From Hyphomicrobiaceae bacterium (GTDB lineage Bacteria; Pseudomonadota; Alphaproteobacteria; Rhizobiales; Hyphomicrobiaceae), in contig CBDCUC010000040.1 of assembly GCA_965222485.1 (NCBI GenBank), positions 1,534,245-1,598,244 of the forward strand: a stretch of DNA of 64,000 nt, given 5' to 3'. Positions 10,321-19,505 of this stretch are shown in pieces. Each line of letters opens with the position of its first letter. Position 1 is the first letter of the stretch. Position numbers and translations under genes: made by a program. The notes under the pieces were generated by a model. It was not told the DNA's origin, searched no databases, and worked only from the letters and a program-made list of their open reading frames with translations.

Positions 10321-11094
10321 ATGCTGATTGAAACTCCCGATTCCAAATTTGTCGATGTTCTGCACGCTTCGCCGAACGTTGAAGCGCGCGCCGGCGGGTG
10401 TGATCCGTCGATTTTGCTCATGCACTACACAGGCATGACTTGTGCGAAAAAGGCTGTCGATTGGTTGTCGCGTCCGGAAGCGAAAGTGTCGTGCCACTAC
10501 GTCATCGATAATGACGGCGTGATTACGCAGATGGTGGCGGAGGAGAGCCGAGCCTGGCATGCCGGTTTGTCGCACTGGGCGGGCGAGGACGACATCAACT
10601 CCGCCTCTATCGGAATTGAGATCCAAAACCCAGGACACGATGACGGCTATCCGGATTTTCCGCCAGCGCAGATGGAAGCAGTCCTAAAACTGTCGCGGGA
10701 TATTGTTGCGCGCCACAACATCCGGCCGGAACGCGTTCTTGGTCACTCGGACGTGGCCCCGGAGCGTAAGATGGACCCGGGTGAGAAATTCGATTGGAAG
10801 TGGTTGTACGACAACGGTGTCGGCTTGTGGGTTGAGCCGGAGCCTCTCGGTGTCCTAATCGCGGATGTTTCTCACCGGCCGTCGCGTGAGACTGTGGCGC
10901 AGGGTCAAGCGCTGTTGAAAGAGTTCGGTTACCACATTGAGGTGACCGGTGAGGAAGACAAGCATTCGCGCTGTGTGTTTCGTGCATTCCAGCGCCATTT
11001 CAGGCCACAGCGTATTGAGGGCAGCGTCGATCACAGCTCTATTGCTACGGCGGAGCGCCTGCTTGCGGCAATCAAAGAGCGGGTAGTCGCCTGA
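10321..11094 (+). CDS. N-acetylmuramoyl-L-alanine amidase (amidase_2/AmpD-like) with C-terminal peptidoglycan-binding domain
   Basis: Zn-amidase core MHYTGM...CHYVIDNDG...AWHAG...GIEIQNPGHDDGYP...LGHSDVAPERKMDPG. The C-terminal approx. 60 aa resemble PG_binding_1. Starts 9 bp after the djlA-like stop. Confidence 0.8.
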   Translation: MLIETPDSKFVDVLHASPNVEARAGGCDPSILLMHYTGMTCAKKAVDWLSRPEAKVSCHYVIDNDGVITQMVAEESRAWHAGLSHWAGEDDINSASIGIEIQNPGHDDGYPDFPPAQMEAVLKLSRDIVARHNIRPERVLGHSDVAPERKMDPGEKFDWKWLYDNGVGLWVEPEPLGVLIADVSHRPSRETVAQGQALLKEFGYHIEVTGEEDKHSRCVFRAFQRHFRPQRIEGSVDHSSIATAERLLAAIKERVVA

Positions 11095-11167
11095 CCTTCC
11101 GGGCGTTCTGCTTCCGGCTCAGCATTGCTCGCCCTACACAGCCCAAAAAGGTAAGACTGGCCCAATC

Positions 11168-11629
11168 ATGTTTAAGCGCATCGAAGCCTTCATAAAAGAC
11201 GCTCTTGGTGATGGCGAACCTGAAGGCCGGGACCGGCATGACATCAAGCTGGCAAGTGCCGCCCTGCTGATTAACTGTGCAATGGCCGATGGAATACAAA
11301 CCGCTGATGAGGCGCAGGCTCTGCGCGATATCCTTATGCGGCGGTTTGAGCTGTCTTCTGAAGAGACGCAAATTCTGTTGGACGAAGCACAGACGCTTGA
11401 GAAGAACGCTGTCGATATCCATGGCTTTACACGTGTCCTACACGCCAACCTCGATCGCGATGAACGACTGGAATTTGTACGTCTGTTGTGGGAACTCACC
11501 CATGCGGACAGTAAAATAGACTACAGCGAACAATCGCTGGTGACGCTGATCGCCCAGTTGCTTCACGTTGAAGTGCATGAAGCTGTCGCGTTACGCCAAA
11601 GTGTTACCGCGCCTGGAAGGCGCAGCTGA
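11168..11629 (+). CDS. TerB-family (tellurite-resistance TerB-like) protein
   Basis: A 153 aa protein with helical TerB-like repeats, including LASAALLINCAMADGIQTADEAQALRDIL and the acidic DERLEFVRLLWELTHADSKIDYSEQSLV. Confidence 0.6.
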   Translation: MFKRIEAFIKDALGDGEPEGRDRHDIKLASAALLINCAMADGIQTADEAQALRDILMRRFELSSEETQILLDEAQTLEKNAVDIHGFTRVLHANLDRDERLEFVRLLWELTHADSKIDYSEQSLVTLIAQLLHVEVHEAVALRQSVTAPGRRS

Positions 11630-11888
11630 CGTACCGGCGGACGATCGGTGCATATATTTTTGCGTGACTTTGACTGACGATGCGGAGCATGGGATAGGTG
11701 CAAACGTTGCCGGTCTTTGCTGTCATGTAGAAGGCGAGGCTGCTGACCCCACTTTGAGCAATCGGCCGAATGTCTCCAAGAGTTTGCGCCGGTAACGCGC
11801 CGTTTCAGATTTGGTTGAGCGTAATTTCTTTATCGTGCTTCGTTGGGTCGGCGGAGGTGGGTGAGCGACAATTAGACGGACGTAAATA

Positions 11889-12482
11889 ATGACGAATTTT
11901 GAAACGCGATATGAGGGTGTTATCGCGGCGATCGATCTCAAGAACTCGGAGGATCCGAGACGCGATACGGTCAACGGTGTAGAACACCCGACGGAACTGC
12001 TTTATTCGCAGCGTATGACGGAAGCACTCATGTCCGTATACCCGGACGCATCCGAGTCCCTAAGAATAGCGGCGCGTGCGCAGCATATTTGCCGTTGGCG
12101 TATCCCGAGAACCGACTATCCGGCGACCAAAGAAGGCTATCACACTTGGCGTCGTGCATGCCAAGAGCTGCACGCAACATTGACGAGCGGGATCATGGCG
12201 GCGCACGGCTACGAAGAGGAAAAGACCGGCAAGGTCTGCAAACTACTGCGCAAGCAGGATCTCAAAACCGATCGAGACAGCCAACGCCTCGAGAACGTGG
12301 TGTGCATGGTTTTCGTTAAGTACTATTTGGCCGACTTCGCAGAAAAACACGACGATAAGAAACTTATCGGGATTATTCAAAAGAGCGCCCGCAAAATGGA
12401 TGCGGAGGGAATGGAAGCGATTTCGGCTCTCAACCTTCCCGAGCCGCAGGCCTCTCTGGTGAGTAGAGCTCTTGCGAAATAG
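11889..12482 (+). CDS. conserved hypothetical protein, DUF4202-like
   Basis: A 197 aa ORF with good codon usage. Sequence (ELLYSQRMTEAL...AARAQHICRW...YHTWRRACQELHA) recalls the DUF4202 family. Family assignment is from memory only. Confidence 0.45.
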   Translation: MTNFETRYEGVIAAIDLKNSEDPRRDTVNGVEHPTELLYSQRMTEALMSVYPDASESLRIAARAQHICRWRIPRTDYPATKEGYHTWRRACQELHATLTSGIMAAHGYEEEKTGKVCKLLRKQDLKTDRDSQRLENVVCMVFVKYYLADFAEKHDDKKLIGIIQKSARKMDAEGMEAISALNLPEPQASLVSRALAK

Positions 12483-12716
12483 CTGAAGGCAGGCAGCCAT
12501 AAGCAATTGCCGGCCAAGTTCAGCAATCGTTCAATCATGGAAGGGGCATTGCATAATGCCTGGTCAATTTCTGGTCGGGTGGCTGATACGCGGCTGTGTG
12601 CCCGCTTCATTTTGTTTTTCCTGCAAAGCCAAACGATGTGTGCTGTTCGGATGAAACGGTTTGGAGCGCATCACACGCATTCAGACCCTTGCTTCGAGTT
12701 TACTCCCTTTGGGGGG

Positions 12717-14861
12717 TTATTGGCCTTGGCTCCGCCTGTAAGTAGCTGTTCCAGCATCTAATCCGTTCGACTTAGCCGGCGCCTTAGGCTTCCTTTGTGC
12801 ACTCTTCTTTCGCTTTGTCTTTCTTTGCGTCGTCTTCTTTTTTCGTGTCGCCCGCTTGCTGCGTTTGGTGGACCGTTTTTTGTACTTCGGCTTGGATTTC
12901 TTCTTCACGACAGCCGGTTGTGTCTTGCAGGTAAATCCCCCCAGTCTGTCAAACCAGTTCAACCAGTCTTCAAACTCACCTGTTGTCGCGCTAGTCAGAT
13001 TAATCTCTTGCGGTTTTCCTATGCGGCTTGTGTATGTCGTTTCAAACTTCTTTAGCGCCCCGCTGGCGTCATCCATCTGGCCGGTGAGTTTGCCATCGTA
13101 GCACCTGCCGTCCTTCAGGACCGTCTGCACCTTGATGAGGTAATCACGGCGCCCATCCTCGTCAGGCACGACCTTACGGGGGTCCAACGCAGTGACTTCG
13201 ACATTACCTGCGCTTTCCGAGGTTCCTGCAACATCGCTGTTGCTGCGCGGGTTTTGTTCTAGCGGGCTGCTGCGTTCCTCTTCGGCACGTGCCGCTGAGC
13301 GCTCTTCGTCCCGGCGGCGGCGAATTTCCTCCAGTTCAGCAAGAAGTCGTGCCTCTTCCTCGCGTGCTTGCGTAGCTTGTGCACGCGCACGGTCAGCGGC
13401 TTCAGCGGCCACACGCTTGCTCTCGTCGTCCTTGCGCTTCTGTTCAGCCGCGGCTTTGACTTCGATGAGTTGCTTTTCCTCTGCGTCTCGGCGTTCTGCT
13501 TCCAGCCGCAGGCGTTCAGCTTCGGCTTCGGCCTCTTCTTTTTCCCGGCGCAGTCGCTCAACCTCGGCCTTTCGTTTCTTTTCGTCCTCCGCTTGGCGTT
13601 TTGCCAGTCGCGCTTGTTGAGCCTCTTGCACGGCGGTGCTGGAGCCTCCTCGTGAGGCTTGATCGTCAGCAAGCCACTGGCTTGCCACGCCGACGACACC
13701 TGCAACCATTAAGGCAAGCCCTACGAAGAGCGCCCTGTTCGCAATTGACGCCGGCCGCGAACCTGACGTGGCGCGAGAGGCTTGAGATGCCCGCTGGCCT
13801 GACACTCTGTCCGTCCGCCCGATAGAACCCGCGCTCCTCGCGATAGATCCGCTGCTGTTGTAGGCTGGTGCAGCATCGGAGGGCGTGTCCGACAGGGGTC
13901 GCCACTCCTGATCGCTAGTTGCCTGTGGACTGGCGGGATCTCCGCTTGCCGACGCTACGCTGAGCCCCGGAAACAGCGTCTTTCGCCATTGTGCAATTGA
14001 CTGCGGACGGTCTTTCGGGATCACAGCCAGCGCCTGATCGATGGCGCTTAGGAACTCAGGACGATACTGGACCTGAAGTTCCGGAATGCTAGTTAGCGGC
14101 ACACAGTTGTCATCGAGAATGCGCGACGTCGATTCCTGCGGCGCCGAGCCGGTAAGCGCCCGATAGACGGTGGCAGCGAGACTGTAGAGATCAGTCCACG
14201 GGCCCTGCATCTGGCTGTCGGTCGTGTAGGCCTCGTTAGGTGAATACCCCTTTGATACAATTGCTGCAGTGGTGTTGGCGGCATCGCCGGCAGCTGCGGC
14301 GGCATATTTTGCCGCGCCGAAGTCGAGAAGAACGGGGGTCTGATCGGCTTCCCTGATGTAGATATTTGCCGGCTTGATATCGCGATGAAGGATGCCTGCC
14401 TTGTGTACAACCTCCAGTGCATCCAGCAGCGGCGGCAGCACCTCATCTAACTCTTCCTGCGTGGGCGGCCGCCCCAAACGTTTTAGCCACGACTCCATGT
14501 CAGCGCCGCGCACGAATTCCAGAACCATGTAGGCGGTATCGTTTGCATCAAAAACTCGAAACACGCGCACAACGCTGGGGTGACGGAACTTGGCAAGCGT
14601 TTTCGCCTCGCGAACGAACCGGCCAAGCGCCCATTCGAATTGACTTTCCTGTTCGGTACTCTTGACGGATACACTCTGCGTATCGGCTCGCACGGCAAGT
14701 TCGGAAGGAAAAAACTCCTTGATCGCAACTTCGCGGCCAAGGGTGAGATCGAGCGCAAGATAGGTATTGGCGAAACCGCCGCTCCCCAAAAGACTGAGGA
14801 TTCGGAAATCACCAATCAGTTCCGTATCGACCGGTAATGTTTGTTGGTGTGCCATTTCCAT
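12717..14861 (-). CDS. Hanks-type Ser/Thr protein kinase with TM helix, ER/K-rich helix, C-terminal globular domain and polylysine tail
   Basis: Kinase subdomains are present: LGSGGFANTY...AIKEF (G-loop/VAIK), HRDIKPANIYI (catalytic loop), DFGAAK (DFG), SKGYSPNEAY (APE-like). A TM helix LFVGLALMVAGVVGVASQWL follows. A roughly 120 aa E/R/K/A-rich segment comes next, then a tail KKKSKPKYKKRSTKRSKRATRKKK.... Start may be ATG 14861 or 14855 (the track's TTG is at 14879). Confidence 0.85.
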   Translation of the reverse strand: MEMAHQQTLPVDTELIGDFRILSLLGSGGFANTYLALDLTLGREVAIKEFFPSELAVRADTQSVSVKSTEQESQFEWALGRFVREAKTLAKFRHPSVVRVFRVFDANDTAYMVLEFVRGADMESWLKRLGRPPTQEELDEVLPPLLDALEVVHKAGILHRDIKPANIYIREADQTPVLLDFGAAKYAAAAAGDAANTTAAIVSKGYSPNEAYTTDSQMQGPWTDLYSLAATVYRALTGSAPQESTSRILDDNCVPLTSIPELQVQYRPEFLSAIDQALAVIPKDRPQSIAQWRKTLFPGLSVASASGDPASPQATSDQEWRPLSDTPSDAAPAYNSSGSIARSAGSIGRTDRVSGQRASQASRATSGSRPASIANRALFVGLALMVAGVVGVASQWLADDQASRGGSSTAVQEAQQARLAKRQAEDEKKRKAEVERLRREKEEAEAEAERLRLEAERRDAEEKQLIEVKAAAEQKRKDDESKRVAAEAADRARAQATQAREEEARLLAELEEIRRRRDEERSAARAEEERSSPLEQNPRSNSDVAGTSESAGNVEVTALDPRKVVPDEDGRRDYLIKVQTVLKDGRCYDGKLTGQMDDASGALKKFETTYTSRIGKPQEINLTSATTGEFEDWLNWFDRLGGFTCKTQPAVVKKKSKPKYKKRSTKRSKRATRKKKTTQRKTKRKKSAQRKPKAPAKSNGLDAGTATYRRSQGQ

Positions 14862-15462
14862 TCTCGGGCAGTGCCGCAAGAATTTCGCAGCGCTGCCATA
14901 TCCTTCCGTTGCATAATACGGACCACCAATTGGTGCCCAGTCGCGATGGTATCAATACACCGGCGAAACCCCTCGCTCAGGCCGAACATGGCGCCCGCAG
15001 CGGGGCACGTTCACTATACGCATTCGGTGGCCAAAGTTGCCAGTCATAAAACTTTGACAGACTGCGCCCTAGCGTACCTTGCTTTGCACTTACCCACAGA
15101 CTTTGATCTTGTGCCCCGTCCTTGACGATCTGTGTCCGTGCACGTTGCCCCCTCGCGGGTTTATGGACATTGAGGGCTCAGTGAAACGTTTGACAGGTGA
15201 TCTGTAGGCTTACACAAGCCAGTCTATATCAGTCTGCCGTCTTAGCACTGTCACTCAAGGAACATGAGATCAGGGTTGCAATAGCGCTAAACTACGCAAA
15301 TAAAGCGGGGTTGGCTGATTATTCGGACACGCGCACCCAGTCCGCTTTGTCGGATATAGAATTTCGTCATTTGAACCGGACCGCAAATTGTCGTGCGTTA
15401 GTCAAATCCCCAGGCGTTTGAGAAGCCGCGTCATCTGGCCCATGTTTCCCAAACTTATGGAT

Positions 15463-15885
15463 TCACGCGTTGGCCGTGCGGATGCCTGCGGACATGTCGA
15501 TAATATGTTTGATGTGCGCGCCAAAGGCTGCCCAATTGAGGGGCTTCGTCAAGAACGAAGTCGCGCCCGAAATTAATGCCTGTTCTAACGACCTGAGATC
15601 ACACTTTGCGGTCAACACGATTGCCGGCATGTGTCGGATTTGCTCGTGACCACGGATGCAACCGAGAAGGTGGAGCCCATTCATGCTGGGCATTTCCAAG
15701 TCAATGATCGCGGCATCGCACGGTTGCCGGACGAGTACGCCGAATGCCTCGGCGCCGTCAGAGGCTTCGACAACTTCGACGCTGAGCCCTGCTAGTTTCG
15801 CCGCAACCGCCTTGCGGCAGATCGGGTCATCATCTACCACCATTATGCGCGGTGTTCGTCTGGGTTCGCTTGGGTCACTGTTCAT
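15463..15885 (-). CDS. single-domain response regulator (CheY-like receiver)
   Basis: IMVVDDDPICRK...AAIIDLEMPSMNG...IVLTAKCD...TSFLTKP gives the receiver DD, phospho-Asp, T and K signatures. It lies 24 bp downstream of the hybrid kinase on the same strand. Confidence 0.85.
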   Translation of the reverse strand: MNSDPSEPRRTPRIMVVDDDPICRKAVAAKLAGLSVEVVEASDGAEAFGVLVRQPCDAAIIDLEMPSMNGLHLLGCIRGHEQIRHMPAIVLTAKCDLRSLEQALISGATSFLTKPLNWAAFGAHIKHIIDMSAGIRTANA

Positions 15886-15909
15886 AACTTGTATCCAACT
15901 TAGAGGGTC

Positions 15910-18900
15910 TCAGGCCTGTTTTCGTGAAGCGTGAGGGTTGGCTTCGTGCAGTTCAAATTTCCGCAAGTTTCCAATGCGATCTTTCGTCGCCACTAGTGCT
16001 CGACGCATGCGGCCAACGTCGGTTTCGACGTAATCCCTGCTCTTGTGCGCCCGCGCATTGACTTCTTTGGAGAGTGCTGCCAGTCGGCCGGCGTGGAGAG
16101 TGGCGGCACTGCCAGAAATTTTGTGCGTGAGGCGACGTAGCGCGTCGACGTCACTTTTCTGTTCGATGGCATCGAGTTCACCTAAGAAATCGTGAATTGT
16201 TGCATGCAATGTGTCCAACAGCTTGCACGCCGTTGGAGCGCCAAATTCGTCGACCAGCTGCAGGAGTTCATTACGTTCCATCCAGGTGGTCGTACCGTGT
16301 GGTGCCGGGGCGGGCTTCAGCCCGGCGCATGTTGAAGGTTTGGCTCGTATCTTTTCGCCTTTTTGGTGTGAAAATGCCGGGACCCTGCCACGGGGCTGGT
16401 GTTTGTCCCGTTCCAGCCATCGCGAGACAACTTGCGCCAATTGTTTCGCGGTGTAGGGCTTGCTCAGATAGTCATCCATCCCAGAGGCCAGACAACGTAC
16501 TTTGTCTTCTGCATATGCATGAGCTGTGACCGCGACGATAGGCGTACGTTGTTGTTTGGCGGCGGCCTCGGCCTCTCGGATCTTGATTGTGGCGGTTAAC
16601 CCGTCAATCTCGGGCATTTGGCAGTCCATCAACACGAGGTCGAATTTCGAGCTCGTGAATTTCTCGACTGCCTCTATTCCAGTGTTTGCAGTTTCGACCG
16701 TGCAGCCGAATCCGCTGAGTAGCTCATAGGCGACCTCAACGTTAACTGGATTGTCGTCAGCGACAAGAACGCGAGCATTGAACGCCGGGTCTTCTATTTC
16801 GTGTTCACGAACAATGTTGCCAGAAGGTGCTGTCGTGCCCAGTGTTGCGACAAGCTTTGAGATGAGTTCTGTTTGACGAATGGGCTTCGTCAGCGATGCG
16901 TCGCAGCCCAATTGCTGGTTCATCGCCAGTTCGTCTTGCCCATTTATCGGGGTCACAACGAGCGTTCTTAGATCACTGAGGGCGGGATCCGATTTGATTG
17001 TCTTTAGTAGCTCCAGGCCGTCGTTTTTCTGCATTGCCATATCGAGAACAGCGGCAGAGAAAGGGTCGCCGGCTGCAACAGCAGACTTTGCCTCTTTTAG
17101 TGCTTGCGTGGCGTTGTCGACTGAGACGATGTTGGCACCTGTCGTGGACAGGTATTTGGTGATGATCTCACGTGTCGTCTTCTGGCCATCTACCACGAGC
17201 ACACGCGTGTCGTTAGGCAGTGTCAGTTGGCGTGCGCTGTCTGCCTTGGCTTCGTTGCCCTTTCGGAATGGCACATCGAACGATATGACGGTTCCTTCTC
17301 CTAGTTCTGATGAGATATCGAGGTGGCCACCCATCAGTTCAATGAGGTGTCGTGAAATTGAAAGACCCAGTCCGGTACCACCGAATTTTCGGCTGATCGA
17401 GGAATCGGCTTGCACAAACGGAGTGCAGAGTGTGCCGACGGTATCAGGGTCAATTCCAATGCCGGTGTCGTGCACCGAAAATCGTAGTTTAGCGGTGTCC
17501 ATCTGCTCGGAGACCACGTCCACTCGAACTGCGACATCGCCTGTGTCCGTGAACTTTACCGAATTGCCGATTAAGTTGATGCAGATTTGACGTAGACGAT
17601 CCTTGTCTCCCCACACAATGCTCGGGACGTCTTGCGCCACGTAAAGGGTGAGGTTTATTCCCTTGCCGTTTGCACTTTCCTCAAAAAGCTGGACTGCTCC
17701 TTCAACGCTTTGGCGAAGGTCGAACTCCCTGCGTTCCAGTTCCAGATGACCGGTTTCGGCACGGGAGAGATCTAGAATATCGTTGACGACCGTCAATAGG
17801 CTCTTGGCCGATGAGCTAATCGTAGACACGAAACGCGCTTGCTGGTCTGTCAGTTCCGTGCGTGCGAGCACATCGGTCATGCCGAAGATCCCGTTCATCG
17901 GACTTCGTATCTCGTGGCTCATCTTTGCGAGGAAAATGGATTTGGCTTCGTTCGCCTTTTCGGCGGCTTGCGTTGCTTTGGCCGCCTGTTGGGTGCGCGC
18001 GGCAACTTCCTCTTCCAGCCGCATATTGAAGTCGGCTAGAATTTCATTATGCCGTTCGAGTGCTTGGCGCGCCAGAATGCGTTCTGAAATGTCCGTCGTC
18101 ACGCCTCGATATCCGACTACTACGCCGTCTTTGTCGACGATTGGACGAGCAGTGATTGACAACCACTGCGTGTCATTTTTGAAGTTGGCTTCAACGACGA
18201 CCTCGCGGGCTGTGCGACCGGCATGCAATTGCGTAACGATGTGCCCCCACTCTTCCGAACTCTCGTCAATTTTGGCAATCTCCGTCAGGGGGAGGCCGAT
18301 GAGTTGGCGCGCGCCAATACCGGTCAGGTCCGAAAGGCGTTGCGAAGCATAGGTCAGCCTCCAATTGCGATCAGCTTCCCATAGCCAGTCGCTTGCCGAG
18401 GTTTCGAATTCTTTGAGCAGCAGACCGATTGTTTCGCTCTGGTGTTCGATCGCAGAGCGGTCACGGGCGCGGTCGCAAAACTCTCTAAATCGATAGATGA
18501 CCGTTACCCATAAAGTGATGAAGTAGATGACGCCGAACAGAAACAGTTGGAGCGATGCTGGAATGTAACCGACGGCGATGGCACCGAGTGCGGGGATCAG
18601 CAGCATGCCAAGGTATGCGATGGCCGCGGTCGGCACCGGGGCTAGCGCAAAGGCGCCGCCTGCTGACATGCCTGCAACGATATTTGTGACCAACACCTGA
18701 TCTTCGACAGTGCCATTGGGCAAAACTATGAGCGGCAGAATGCCCCAAAGAGCGCCGAGGATAGTGGCGTGACGGGTGGCGCGTACTATCGAGCGTACGG
18801 AGGCGTGCTTGCGCGCTGGGCGGTCGCGGATCTGTTTCCATATATACAGTGTGCGCGCTGCCAGCAGGCATACGACAACGCACCATGCATCGACGACCCA

Positions 18901-19188
18901 TGCCATGGGTGGATGCCCAAGGTTGGCGCCCGCAATGACCGCATTGCAAATGTTTGCGATCATCATCCAGGGGGTAAGCCGCTGGAGTTCGGCCATTTGC
19001 ATGGCACGCACTTCACGCGCGTCGGTATGTTTGCCGAGGTCCATGACCAAGGCGACTTTGATAAATGAATGGAAGGCTCTTGGTTGCTCTCGCAGCCATC
19101 CGTATGCCCCGCGCAGGATATTGCGTGCGGTGCGGAAGCTAAGGGTGCTTGCGTTAAATGGTTGCGAGATGTCCATGTCATGAAACAT
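15910..19188 (-). CDS. hybrid sensor histidine kinase: multi-TM N-terminus, PAS, HisKA, HATPase_c, two receiver domains, C-terminal Hpt
   Basis: H-box LAKMSHEIRSPMNGI. HATPase N and G boxes (LIGNSVKFT, HDTGIGI, GGTGLGLSI). REC1 has VLVVDGQ...VLDMAM; REC2 has VLVADDNPVN...LVLMDCQMPEIDG...SKP. The Hpt-like end carries LTHKISGSAATL. Confidence 0.9.
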   Translation of the reverse strand: MFHDMDISQPFNASTLSFRTARNILRGAYGWLREQPRAFHSFIKVALVMDLGKHTDAREVRAMQMAELQRLTPWMMIANICNAVIAGANLGHPPMAWVVDAWCVVVCLLAARTLYIWKQIRDRPARKHASVRSIVRATRHATILGALWGILPLIVLPNGTVEDQVLVTNIVAGMSAGGAFALAPVPTAAIAYLGMLLIPALGAIAVGYIPASLQLFLFGVIYFITLWVTVIYRFREFCDRARDRSAIEHQSETIGLLLKEFETSASDWLWEADRNWRLTYASQRLSDLTGIGARQLIGLPLTEIAKIDESSEEWGHIVTQLHAGRTAREVVVEANFKNDTQWLSITARPIVDKDGVVVGYRGVTTDISERILARQALERHNEILADFNMRLEEEVAARTQQAAKATQAAEKANEAKSIFLAKMSHEIRSPMNGIFGMTDVLARTELTDQQARFVSTISSSAKSLLTVVNDILDLSRAETGHLELERREFDLRQSVEGAVQLFEESANGKGINLTLYVAQDVPSIVWGDKDRLRQICINLIGNSVKFTDTGDVAVRVDVVSEQMDTAKLRFSVHDTGIGIDPDTVGTLCTPFVQADSSISRKFGGTGLGLSISRHLIELMGGHLDISSELGEGTVISFDVPFRKGNEAKADSARQLTLPNDTRVLVVDGQKTTREIITKYLSTTGANIVSVDNATQALKEAKSAVAAGDPFSAAVLDMAMQKNDGLELLKTIKSDPALSDLRTLVVTPINGQDELAMNQQLGCDASLTKPIRQTELISKLVATLGTTAPSGNIVREHEIEDPAFNARVLVADDNPVNVEVAYELLSGFGCTVETANTGIEAVEKFTSSKFDLVLMDCQMPEIDGLTATIKIREAEAAAKQQRTPIVAVTAHAYAEDKVRCLASGMDDYLSKPYTAKQLAQVVSRWLERDKHQPRGRVPAFSHQKGEKIRAKPSTCAGLKPAPAPHGTTTWMERNELLQLVDEFGAPTACKLLDTLHATIHDFLGELDAIEQKSDVDALRRLTHKISGSAATLHAGRLAALSKEVNARAHKSRDYVETDVGRMRRALVATKDRIGNLRKFELHEANPHASRKQA

Positions 19189-19505
19189 GGGCGCACCTGG
19201 TGGCCGAACGGTTAATTAGATACGTACGCGGATGGTTTCTCGGCATAAGGTAAATTCCAAAAGTACGACTGTCTCATTGTTGCTAGCCAGCCCCACGCTC
19301 CACGATGAAATCGGCAACGCAAAGGGTGCGTGCATCGACAACGTTTCTGGTCGCTTTGCCCGCCCGCATCCTGATGCGTTCAATGGAACCAAGCGCGAGC
19401 GTCTCATTGAGGCAGTTGCGGCGTAATTGGGTGTTTTGGCTGTATGATCCACTGCCGTTATAGTCGTAGACGAAGACGTTTGATGCTGATGTTTGCAGTT
19501 GGACC

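Noticed and set aside
9955-10638. 227-aa minus-strand ORF spanning the djlA-like/amidase junction
   Set aside because: It is antisense to two motif-supported plus-strand genes and has no motifs of its own.
13192-13620. 142-aa plus-strand ORF made almost entirely of Ser/Arg/Ala repeats
   Set aside because: It is the antisense reading of the E/R/K/A-rich coiled-coil region of the kinase gene on the minus strand. Low-complexity antisense ORFs are expected there.
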